The notes under the pieces were generated by a model. The model made no database searches, was not told where the DNA came from, and saw only the letters and a list, made by a program, of their open reading frames with translations. The translations under genes were made by a program, and so were the position numbers. A DNA stretch of 64,000 nucleotides from Eledone cirrhosa (taxonomy: Eukaryota): NCBI GenBank assembly GCA_964016885.1, contig OZ024745.1:78988001-79052000 (forward strand), read 5' to 3'. Of this stretch, positions 12,179-24,500 are shown piece by piece; position 1 is the stretch's first letter; each line of letters begins with the position of its first letter.

Positions 12179-12447
12179 GGGAACAACTGCCCAATTTCAC
12201 AGCATCTTCATTTCAAAGCTTCTCTAAATTGCCAAATGTTAATTCAACTTTGCTATTGGAGGAGTTTTTTTTTTTGTTTGTTTTTAATATAATTTTCAAA
12301 TGATTAAATATTGTTTCCTTTTTCTTCTTTTTTTTTTGTTAGCTAATTGGTGAATGAAACTGCAATCAGAAGTGGAAGAAACAAGATGGCATGAATGCTG
12401 CATCTTCTGGGGGAAAAAAAAAAAATCACACAAAAAAACAAAGCATT

Positions 12448-12573
12448 TTATTTAACCAGTTTCAGTACTCCTGTTACCATTTCACCAATGCCATCAAAAA
12501 CTTCATGTACTGCAGTTTCACACATGAAGGCTGGAGCAGTCACAATGCGGTTATTGATATCAATATGGGCTTC
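12448..12573 (-). CDS. GATD3A: GATD3A last coding exon ([41 protein letters not shown])
   Basis: 42 codons including TAA; preceded by a U12 branch point. Confidence 0.93.
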   Translation of the reverse strand, partial: EAHIDINNRIVTAPAFMCETAVHEVFDGIGEMVTGVLKLVK

Positions 12574-15500
12574 TTAAAAAAACAAAGTCAAGGAAAACAA
12601 CAGAAAACAAAAAAAGGAAAACATTTATTTTATCAAATCATTCAGTTTAAATACTTCATCAATTCCCTATCTTATAAGGAAGACTCTTAGACTAGCAATT
12701 TCTACTCTTTTCAGTTTATCGCATACCTTTGAAAGTTGATAAAAAAATTTATATTAATACTGTCTTCCAAGTGATCCTTGACACATTTTTTTTTGCCTGC
12801 TAGAAATAGCAGTTACATTTCCCTCTATCCATACTTATTTTTAATTTTTTTAAGAAAGAAAGATTCACTGGACAGTTTGGTCCCTGATATACAAAAAGAC
12901 AAGATAGTCACAGCTGGAACATGTTTCATCATAGGTATGCACATTCAAAGATGACCAGGAACAAAAGAACGGAAAAACTTCCTCTGTATATAACTGGTAT
13001 TTGCAAGGTTTTGCAAAACTCTTGTGGTTTTGACACTTTACTCATAGTATCCTAATATTTGAAGATATGAACTCTACAAGTTACATAGCAGACTTAAAAG
13101 TCGGTACAAAGTAGTGATAGTAATATGATAAAGCAGATTCAGTTCAAATTATAAGAAAATAACACAACAGATTTGGCTAAATTTCCCGTTGCAATGTGTG
13201 GTAGGTGATGAATGACTGGAGCAAATGGTAAGAGAAAAGACTAAGACAAGAAGTAGAATGAAGGTCCAAGATGGACTGCAGCAGGTGGTGAGACGGAGTA
13301 CAGTGAGTGACAAAACTCTGCAAGGACCCATCCAACCCATGCCATTGCGACAGATCCTTAAAATAGTTAAATACTCTTCGAGTGAAGAGGAATGGATTCA
13401 ATCAAAACTGAAGCAAATGCTCTATAGCTCTCCACAATACTGAAGATGGGATTTACTAAGAATTACAGGGATAAGAAATAGAATGTTAGGAGATACCCCA
13501 ACCTAAGATGTAAGTTAAGGCAAATGGCTGCAGTCAAAAATCACCACCAGGTCATGAACTATTCTCAATAGTGGCTTCGCACTATGGCTTACACTACAAT
13601 TTCAAAATATTGAATTCTTTCAACCAGACCTAGAGTCAATTTTTGCAAGAAAGAGAAAGTTAATTGAAACAAACCAAATATTAATGATACTAATTTTATT
13701 GAACCTTGGAAGAATGTGTAGCGGTTGTCTCCCTTGTTGTGACTCACAACCCCAATAGATTAACATCTAGACGGGAAGTAGAACCCTTTCTGTAACTTCC
13801 GGCAGAGCCCTATAAAACGAATAGCTCTCGGCTCTCTCCCTCTCATTTGCCCTTCCGGCGCCTGGCCTTCGCCAGGCATCTCGCGTTTGCCTGGCAATCA
13901 AAACGGTAACTACTAACTTTGCTTCATTCTATCATCTATTTCTTTGACATGTCAACTATACTGTTCTATATATATCCATGATTGTTAATTAAATATTATA
14001 CACACAAGCCATGTCTCCTTGTTACATTCATACAACCCAGTATCTTCGCTATAAATGTAAGGTACAACAAAATTTGAACTTAGATTTTTTTCAATTTCCT
14101 TTCAATTTAGTGATCCTCCAGGACGCCCCACATGCTTTTCCTAATCCACTCTGTCTATCATAAGTGTCCAAAACTCTTGTAAGTTGGCCATTCCAGTGAT
14201 TCTCAGTAGAGTGTTGATGTAGGTGATGGTCCTCTTGCCTCGAATGCTCTTCCTTCAGGTGGTTTCCAGAGCACCAGCTTGCAACTTCCTCATCATGACG
14301 CATGAAGTGGCTAGAGAATCTCATTCTCCATTGTTGTATCTTATGTGAAACCTTCAGGGGATGCTTATAAAGTTTCTGGCTTGTTGTACATACCTGCTGT
14401 GACATATTTGTTTCCATATGCAGCATTATGTGAATAAACTATCCAGTTGTTTCTTCAGTGTTTTCATGATTGTCCAAGTATCTGATCCGAATAACAAGAC
14501 TGATTCTACTGTTGCAGTGAATAGTCCTATTTTGATTTTCCTTGATCTCTGAGGTCCATATTTTTTTCATCTTGTTACAAGCATTCCATGCTAGTGCATT
14601 ACTTACCTCTCTGTCCATTCTCCTAGGTATATAAAGTTGTTTACCTCCTTCAAAACTTCCCCGTTCCTTACTTTGGTAACTACTGGCTTTTGTGGATTAA
14701 CCCTTTAGTGTTCAAACCGGCCAGAATTCTCTACCTCTTTCTGTTGAAATTGGCTGTAACTATCACTCAAACTGATGTTAAGGTATTGTTCTCAAAATAA
14801 ATACTTTCAAAATCTCATAGATTCGATATTATGTGAGGTAAAGCCTTTACCATGAAAATATAATAGTATATATAAAATAATGTGAATGCTAAAGGGTTAA
14901 AAACTTAAATTTCAGTCTTAGATTATATATAAATCTATTAATCATTTGTTTCCTATAAAATGACTAATTACTGTGCTAATAAGTGTTTACTCCCTCCTGG
15001 GATGAGCTATGGCATGAATTCACCTCCTGGGCAGTGCAGTATATAAGCAAACCAAAGTACCTTTTGAATAGAAGTTGTTGGAAGAAATTGATTCAATAGG
15101 GATGATGAATTTCAGAGTTTGATACAAAATTAATGTGTGACCATGGAGGTTTTTGGGAAAGCAAAAGTGGCAGAAATCTTCCATCTTGCGTAAATCTATT
15201 GCTCTCATTGAACACACCTTGCGGATATAGAAAAAGATACTACAAATAATTACTCAATAGATTGAAGTCAGACAGGGCAGCTGGACCCTCAGGGATAGTT
15301 GCTGAGATGCTGAAAGCATCAGGTAAGGTGGGCCACACCATAGTCTCCTGCATTGTAAACCAAGTTATACAAAATGATGTCATACCCAATGACTGGTGAA
15401 GCAGCAGCATCGTAAACTGCTACAAGAGCAAAAGTGATGCTCTAGAAAGAGAAAACTATAGAGGCATTCAGTTGGTTGACCAAGTTATGAAGGTCACTGA

Positions 15501-18500
15501 AAGAGTCATAGCTCAGCTGATTAGGGAATAAGTTAACCTAGATAAGATGCAGTTTGGATTTGTACCAGGTAAAAGTACCACAAATGCCTTCTTCCTTGTA
15601 AGATAACTGCAGGAGAAGTACCTAGGTTAGAGTAAACCCCTCTACTTGGTTTTTGTAGACCTGGAGAAAGCTTTTGACAGACTCCCCTGTTCCATTATCT
15701 GGTGGGCTCTTAGACAGTACAAGCCATGTGTAGAAGAACAGTCAGCAAGGTCAGAATTAACAATGATTACAACGAAGAATTTAGCATGCAGGTTGGTGTC
15801 AATCAAGGCTCAGTTCTTAGCCCTTTCTTGTTTATTATCATCCTGCAGACTATAACGGAGAAGTTTAAGACTGGCTGCCCTTGCGAACTTCTGTATGCAG
15901 ACCTAACCCTTTTAGCCAAATCTATTGCAAAATTAGAGATGAAAATCCAAACCTGGAAGCACAGCCTAGAATCAAAAGGTCTTAAAGTCAACTTGACAGA
16001 GACTAAAGTTCTAGTAAGTAGAAAGGAAAACAGGGCCCAGATCTCCTCAGGGAAATGGCCCTACTTAGTGTGTAAGAAAGGGGTAGATAGAAATTCTATC
16101 CTATGTCCCAAATGCAAACTATGGATACACAAGAGTTGTAGTGGGATCTCAGGCAGGCTAACAAAGATTGTAGGTTTTACATGTGGCCGATGCACAGGGG
16201 CAGTAAGTAGCAAGAGCTCTCAGGATACATCATCATCATCATACAATCTCCTTCAAATGCCAAGAGGGCTCTGTAGAAGTGGTAGATAGTTTCTGTTACC
16301 TGGCTGACCAAAGCAGCAGTGTGTTCTGAAAGCACAGTAACCAAAGATCGGGTTGGAGAAAGTTCAGAAAGCTACTATCGCTGCTAACTACAAAAGGTTT
16401 TTTCCTCAAAATGAAAGGCAGACTGTATGATGCCTGTATCCAAACATGAATGTTGCACAGCAGCAAGACCTGGGCACTGTGTGCAGAGGACCTGCAAAGA
16501 TTGGAAAGAAATGAAGCCTCCATGCTTTGATGGATGCGTAATAGCAATATATATAAAGAGCAAAGCATAAACGAACTGCATGAGAAATTAGGCATAAGAG
16601 GGATCAGATGCAGTGTGCAGGAGAGGAGATTACGTTGGTATGGACATATGATGAGTATGAAGGATGACAGCTGTATAAAAAGGTGCAGAGCACTCAAAGT
16701 TGACGGCAGCCATGAAGTGGGGAGAAGACATGGAATGAGGTAATAAAAACTGACTTTGCACAATTACAACTCACTAAGGTAATGACACAGGACTGTGATC
16801 TCTGGTGCTATGCAGTATTAGAGAAGACCCACCCTCCCAAATGCTCAAGCTGAGGAATATATCTAGTAGGCATCTCCCCTCCCATACACCTCCCTTGCTG
16901 TAATCATCCCACTCCTATACCTACATCCCTAATTCCCCAGGCATCTTCCTCACTCAAGTCCCCAACCCCACTGTAAAGTGGTCGTGTAGGTGCCACGACA
17001 AAAAGCACCCAGCCCACGCTGTAAAGTGGTCATGTAGGTGTCACGACAGAAAGCACCCAGCCCACACTGTAAAGTGGTCGTCTAGGTGTCACGACAGAAA
17101 GCACCCAGCACACACTGTAAATGAGGTTGGTGTTAGGAAGGGCATTGTATCTATGCATTGCATTTGTCAGGTCAATGTTACTGGCAATGCCATCTGTATA
17201 ATAGAGGTTAATAGTTTGTTCTAGTCCTATGAAATTCTATGGGCATATTCTTCCCGTGGAAGATGGACGTTAATCGATGATGATGATGAAATAGTCTATT
17301 TCATTGGAAAATATTGAATGCTATTTATTAAAATAACAAAAAGCACCCAGCCCACACTATAAAGTGGTCGTGTAAGTGTCACTTGTAGATATCAATTTCA
17401 TGTATACAGTTCATATATCATCCTTACATATCGAGATGTCAAACAGACAGGTAATGTAGTCTACAGATTTGTTGGTGTGCCATAAGAAAATAATGTTTTC
17501 TCATGGATATAGCTTAGATAAGAAATAGCACCTTCATTTGTATCAATTTTGTCTATCTCAGTTTAGGCATTATCATTTTGGTGCTCAAGCTATTATGGTT
17601 ATTGATGCAATTGTTTGCATTTTATAATTATTATCCAGCAATTATATTATTATTGTTGTCCATACTACCATTTGCTGCTAAGCACATTTAAATACATGGA
17701 GACTTCTGGTGTCCTTGGCCCTAGTGCCACCTCCCTACTCACCACCATCTACACAGAGTTGGCTACCTGCAGGTGAGAGCCTCGTGAGCTTGAAAGGCTC
17801 TTCCAGTGCGTCTCCCTCACCATCCTCCGGGGAAACGCCTTCTCTATGCTGTCTGTCGGGGCCGCGGAGCGGTTAGAGCGTGGGCCCCCATTTCCTCACA
17901 ATAGTGAGAGATGAAGTGGGAGAGACGGAGACAGTGAAAGTTTGGTTCCTTTGTGTTCAGACCTGGTGTATATGTGTATGTTTCACAGACACACACTCAT
18001 TCTTACAGTATGCAGCTGAAAAACTGACCTTTCTTCTTTGGTCAATAAATAGAACAAAGTTATTGAGAAACATACACAAGATGTTTTTTGTAATGTTTTC
18101 TAGTTTAGTTGTTTCCCTCTTTGACATATGAACCTTAGATGACTGACTGAAAAAACATTTTTTTTTACAAAAATCTACTGTTTAAGAGAAGGATTACTTT
18201 TCCAGTTTCTCAATGCTATGGTAACTAAAACACAACATTCATATAATTCAGAAAAAGAAGAGAAAAACTACTGGTATAAAGCTGATGGACCAGGTCATGA
18301 AAGTAACAGAAAGAGTTATAGCACAGTTGATTAGGGACCGGGTGAAACTAGACGAGATGCAATTTGGGTTTGTACCAGGAAGAGGCACCACTGATGCCCT
18401 CTTCCTTGTGAGGCAGCTACAGGAAAAGTACCTAGCTAAAAGTAAGCCACTCTACCTGGCATTTGTCGACCTTGAGAAAGCCTTTGACAGAGTTCCACGT

Positions 18501-21500
18501 GCTGTAATCTGGTGGGCTCTTAGAAAACTAGGAGTAGATGAATGGCTTGTGAAAGCGGTACAAGCCATGTATAGGGGAGCAGTCAGCAAAGTTAAGATTA
18601 GCAATGAGTATAGCGAGGAATTTAGCGTACAGGTTGGGGTCCACCAGGGCTCTGTTCTTAGCCCCCTCCTGTTCATCATAGTCCTGCAGGCAATAACGGA
18701 GGCAGCAAACAGCCACAGGAAACAAGTACCACCAATCTCTGGGAGGGCTCTGTAGAAACAGTAGACAGCTTCTGCTACCTAGGTGACCGAATTAGCAGCG
18801 GAGGTGGGTGTTAAGAAAGTACAATAACTAGGGTAAGAACGGGATGGAAGAAGTTTAGGGAACTACTACCACTGCTAGCTGCAAAAGGCTTCTCCCTCAA
18901 AATGAAAGGCAGACTGTATGATGCGTGTATCCGAACAGCGATGTTGCATGGTAGTGAGACCTGGGCGCTGAAGGTGGAAGACTTACGTAGATTAGAGAGA
19001 AACTAAGCCTGCATGCTCCAATGGATGTGTAATAGTAATATACGCGAACGACAAAGCATAAATGAATTGAGAGAGAGACTGAGCATAAGAGGAATCAAAT
19101 GCTGTGTGCAGGAGAGGCGGTTGCGTTGGTATGGACATGTGATGCGTATGAAGCATGACAGCTGCATAAAAAGGTGCAGAGCACTAGAAGTCGATGGAAA
19201 CCGCGGAGTGGGGAGACCCAAGATGACTTGGGATGAGCTGATAAAAGCCGACCTTACCCAATTACACCTCTCAAAGACGATGACACACGACCGTGACCTC
19301 TGGCGTCACGCAGTAATACAGAGTACCCAATCTCCCATGGGTACAAGCTGAAGCATACAGACAATATGCCCCCACACCCCCCACCGCAAGGTGGTCGTGG
19401 AGGTGCCACGGCAAAAAAGCACCCAGCCCACACTGTAAAGTGGACGTGTAGGCACCACGAAAAAGCACCCAGCACTCACTGTAAATGAGGTTGGTGTTAG
19501 GCAGGGCATCCAGCTGTAGAAATCAAGCCAAATCAGTTCCTGTATGAGCAAGGCATGGTCAGCCGACCAGACACTGCCCACAACAGGACAACCCGTCTAA
19601 CCCATGCTAGCGTGGAAGAACGGACGTAAAACGGTGATGATGATGATGAAACAACTTTTAAATTGAAAACCAATTTTGATCTATTTGAAAGCAAAGGATA
19701 TTGTAACTTCTTTGGTAATATGTGTGGCTCCCAGTTCCTTAATGCCTTCAGTTGTTCTTGCATAAGGCCATCTGTCATCTTCTTTGTCAGACCCTACTGT
19801 TACTTCACAGCCTTGTATCACTTTAGCAGCCAACACAGGAGCAATACAACACAATCTAGTTTAATTGAATGAAATAAAAAAAAATATAACCTGCAATCAT
19901 CATCATCATCCTCTTCCATAAAAGGAACTTATATTTTAGCTAAGTTAAGAGGGCTCATTCACAATTACTTCTTCATAATGTTGCAGATATCCATAATTAA
20001 TCGTGTGACACATTTAAATAAAGTACTGGAAGGGATTTAACAGACCATTATCAAGAATGTAACACAATCTAAAAATTCAATTTTCAAAGATGCAACACCA
20101 TTAATAATAAATAGCTGAAATTGTATTAAGGAAATAAGACATTCAGCCTCCTTGTTTCTAACTGCATATCTCTCCTCAGAACTGAAAATTATCTTATCCA
20201 TCAATGGATATTGCCACTCCCTTACCACAAAATTTTTTAATGCTCTTTTCATCCACTGCCATTAAATGTTGCAATGTACGAGAGCACACACCAATGTTCT
20301 TCTTTGCTCACTTATTCCTGAGAGAGTCATGGGTGTAAAGTGCTCAGATACGCCTTCCTGAGGGTCATGTCAGAAGCAATCATCTCCAGAGTGAGGAGGT
20401 TATACACTAGCTATTAAGGGGAGATAATTATTGCAAAACTTACTGCATGCTACAAGAGATTATTAATGAATTAAAATATCATTTGTTATTTAAAATATCT
20501 ACCTTTCAAGCATTCAACTAAAGTGCAGTTGCAATTAAAGGCTCGTTTAAGGGTGAAATTAACATACTATTGCCTGAAATTTTCTATATTTCAGGAATTT
20601 CCATTGACTGGGATTGGCAAAAATATGACTACTGGTACCAAAATGTCGTTAATGCTTTGATACTTACCCAACAGGTTTCTTGGCATCATGAAATTCTTTA
20701 AGAACCCGCTCAACATCTGCAATTACCTTCATGTCAGGGCCATCAATTGCAAAAGATGATCTGAAATGAAATTATTTATCAAACATCATTCTTCCACCCT
20801 TCGTTTTAATCTCTATTTTCCCATACAAGGATGACTTGATCTAATCTGAAATAATGACCAAATCTTTTGACATCTTATCTCCGAGGTCAAATACCTTCAG
20901 ATCTAAGTTAACCACTTTCTCCTAAATATTTCTTGGTCTACCTCAACCACAGATACTCTTCATCGCCCATACACACATATACATCTCATCTGAATATATT
21001 TACTAATACATTTGATGTACAATGTAAGAGTCTAGTTTCATTGTATTTAGCGACTGAAAAATGAACCTTCCCTTAGATAAGATGCTTGCAAACTGCAAAT
21101 AACATTAAGCGAAAACGTTATACTTCTCAACATCTAGGTGAATTAAGGTCTGAAAAACTAAGTGCACTGCCCAAAGGCATAATAAAATGCCTGCAATGGT
21201 TTTAAAACAAGTGGTCAACTAATACAGTATCCACTCAAGTTTCACTTCTACATACTTTTGTCGCCCGGTCATTTCTTTGTCTTTGAGATGAGATGACACT
21301 AGAACAGCAAAGATTAATAAGATTATTAGCTTTATTCTTTATATTGGAGAAATACCAAATAACTAGAAAAGAGGCCAGGTGCCAGGTATAGCTAGCAACG
21401 GCAGAAAAGAAGAAATTTGTGCATGTTCAGATTAATCTGGTGGGTACTTAAAATATGTGTAGATGAATGGTTTGTGAGAGTAGTGCGGGTCATGTATAAA

Positions 21501-24500
21501 GGAGCAACAAGAAGGGTGAAGGTTGGAAGCGAGTACAGTGATGAATTTGAAGTGCAGGTGGGCATCCACCGGGACACAGTCCTCAGTCCACTCCTGTTTA
21601 TCATTGTTCTTCAGGTCATCCTGCAGGGCTTTAAATTGGCACAGCACATCATGGGAGCTCTTATATGCTGATGACCTAATCCTTATAGCTGAATCGATAG
21701 AGTTAGAGACACAATTTCAAGCGGGGAAGAAGAACCTAGAGTTGAAAAGCCTAAAACTAAATTTAGCAAAGACAAAAATGTTAAGTAGGAAAGAGGACAG
21801 GAGGGTGATGCCATCTGGGAAATGGCCTTAATTGATACATCAGAAGTGGGCAGAAATTCTATAAGGTGCACACAGTGCAATTTATAGATGCACAAGAGAT
21901 GTAGTGGGATTGCAGGCAGATTAACAAAAAATATAGACTTTGTATGTGACAGATGCACAGGAGAAGTAAGCACTAAGAATTCACATGAAGTAGATTCATT
22001 CAGCTGCCAAGGAGGCTTCTTAGAAGTTGTCAACAGCTTTTGTTACTTAAGTGATCAAATTAGCAGTGTGGGAGGATGCACAGAAAGTGTGATAGCCAGG
22101 ATCAAAACAGACTGAAAGAAATTTTGAGAGCTGATACCTCTGCTGACAACAATGCTACATGGCTGTGAAACATGGGCCTTAACCGCAGAAGACTTGCGAA
22201 GGCTGGAAAGAAATGAAGCAAGGATGCTCCAATAGGTGCGTAATGTTTGTGTGCATGACCAACGTAGCATAAGCGAACTGAGAGGAAAACTTGGCATAAG
22301 AGGAATTGGATGTAATATCTCAGAGAGAAGACTGCACTGGTATGGACATGTGATGCATATGGAGGATAGCAGCTGCATAAAGAAATGCAGAGCAATCCCA
22401 GTGGTTGGAACCTGTGAAAAAGGTTAACCCAGGAAGAGCAACCTAAGAAACTAAGCCTCACAACTGAGATGACAAAGATCAAGAGGGCTGGCGTTATGCT
22501 GTGATGATGAAGACCCCTGGCCCATCCATCATGAGCTCCATCCCACTAGCACTGCCCACCAACAATCTTCACCACTACTGCACCCACAAGACATGCCCCT
22601 CCTTAACTACTACTCCACCTTTAAAACCCTAAGATATCCTCACCATTGCTCTAGTAATTACTCTCTCTACCCCTTGTTCTTCCCCCACTACAACCCCTTA
22701 CCACCATATTACCTATCTCTCCACTATGCCCCCATTCTCTCAGCCACATCCCCACATTACATCCCGCCTTCCCCATAAACCAATCAGCCATCCCTACTCC
22801 TTACTCATTGCCGTTAAATAACCACATACACCTATAACTTCATACCTATCTCCCTCCCCTATTGTCCCCCACCACACAACAGAGTGTTCTTCAGTTGGGA
22901 CTTTGACCAACAACCTCTCTAGTGATGGTGCCACAAAAATGCACCCAGTACACTCTGTAAGGGTGGTTGGCAACAGGAAAGGCACCCTACTGTAGAATCC
23001 ATGCCTAAAAGGGTTGAGTGGACCTTTTAGTTGTGTCAAAAACACAACAATCTCTCTAGTGTTGGGGATCAATACGAGAAACACACCCAGTACAAGCTGC
23101 AAAGTGGTTGATGATAGGAAGGGCATCCAGCCATAGAAAGCTTACCAAACAAGGGATTGGGAGGACCCTTCAGTTTGTGTCAAAAGACACAACCTCTCCT
23201 CTGATAGAATGTATGACCGTATGTAAGCAGGGTGCAGGTACTTCGGCCTTTCTGGGAGGTCAATAGCCCCATTCTGACTTGCTAGCAGGAAAGCAAATGA
23301 TGATGATGATGATTGTTATTTACTTTATATAGAAATGTCAACAGAGCAACTTAAAAGAAAAATTCAGGAGTTCAACTGCAGTTTAAGTAATAAAAGCATA
23401 TATGAACCCATACAATATGTTTACACTGTAATGTGGTTTGTAGTGCTGGTGCTATGAAAAAAGCACCCATTCCACCCTGTCAGGTGTTAGTGGTGGTACC
23501 ATAAGATAAAAAAAAACCTGACATTCCATGAAGTAGTTGACATTAGGAAGGGCATCCAGTTGATGAAACTATGCTCTGTTTGGCAAATTTTCTACAGCAG
23601 GATGCCCTTCCTATCACCAACCACTTTACAGATCACATACATATACTAGAGAAATTTAAAAAAACAAAAAGACAACTTACAAATTTTTTGCAGCTCCAAA
23701 TCCACCAGGAAAAATGACTGCATCAAAAGCACTTGCATCCAGTTCAGAAAGAGAAGAGATTTTACCTCTAGCAATACGAGCTGATTCTAATAGTACATTC
23801 CTGGAAAAAAATGTTTAAACACATAATGAAAAAAATAGCATTATTGCATGAGAAACAACAGTAGAAGCAGTCTGTTGTTCTTGGTACATTATCTAGTTTT
23901 TGTAATATGTACCCTTTGTATTCCTTTCAGGCTTGTGCTTGCCCAACAATGATGTTAACATACTTCTGTTTGATATTTTGTTGAAAAATATCTTCCTTCT
24001 CTGCATGAGCTTTTCTCACTGGAAGTGTTTTGAGAGATCATTACCACAAGCCAATGAAACACTCATCAAATACAATGTTCTCTGTTGTTCACTGTAGTCA
24101 ACTACAACACTTTCTATTTGTATATATTTTTAGTACAAACACCATGAATCAGGACCAAATACATAAACCACCATCAGTGTCATCTATTTAACCTTTTTTT
24201 TTAATATTACCCTTCCTTCAAAAAAAAGAATGTATAAAAAAAATGAGAAACTGTCCTTAGTCATGTACTGTAGATTACCAAATCCTTCTCAACATTGAAA
24301 TGATCAAGTTAGTCATTTAGACTTTGCAAAAACACTTTCCAGCTTGGAAAGAATATAGAAAATGTAATAAGTACAATAATACATGCATGTGGCCAAAGAA
24401 AGTGCCCAATTTTCAAATGGGTGACACTGCTTTTGGGGACATCTAAAGAAACATTAGATTAGACAGTCAACTGTAATACAATAGAACCATTATGTTCTAG

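Larger units (their letters stand above)
12574..19701 (-). other. U12-type (minor spliceosome) intron, phase 0, AT-AA termini, 7128 bp
   Basis: 5' site ATATCCTTT (19701-19693); branch TTTTCCTTGAC (12597-12587) with the A at about -15; 3' end ttttttaa|GAA GCC. Confidence 0.88.

Noticed and set aside
12570-12574. Canonical AG acceptors for the last GATD3A exon
   Set aside because: Both nearby AGs shift the frame relative to the phase-0 ATATCCTT donor and lose the conserved C-terminus.
16965-17130. Regularly spaced repeats of about 49 bp resembling a CRISPR array
   Set aside because: No unique spacers; these are tandem repeats in the RTE 3' UTR, recurring in other copies, in eukaryotic DNA with no cas genes.
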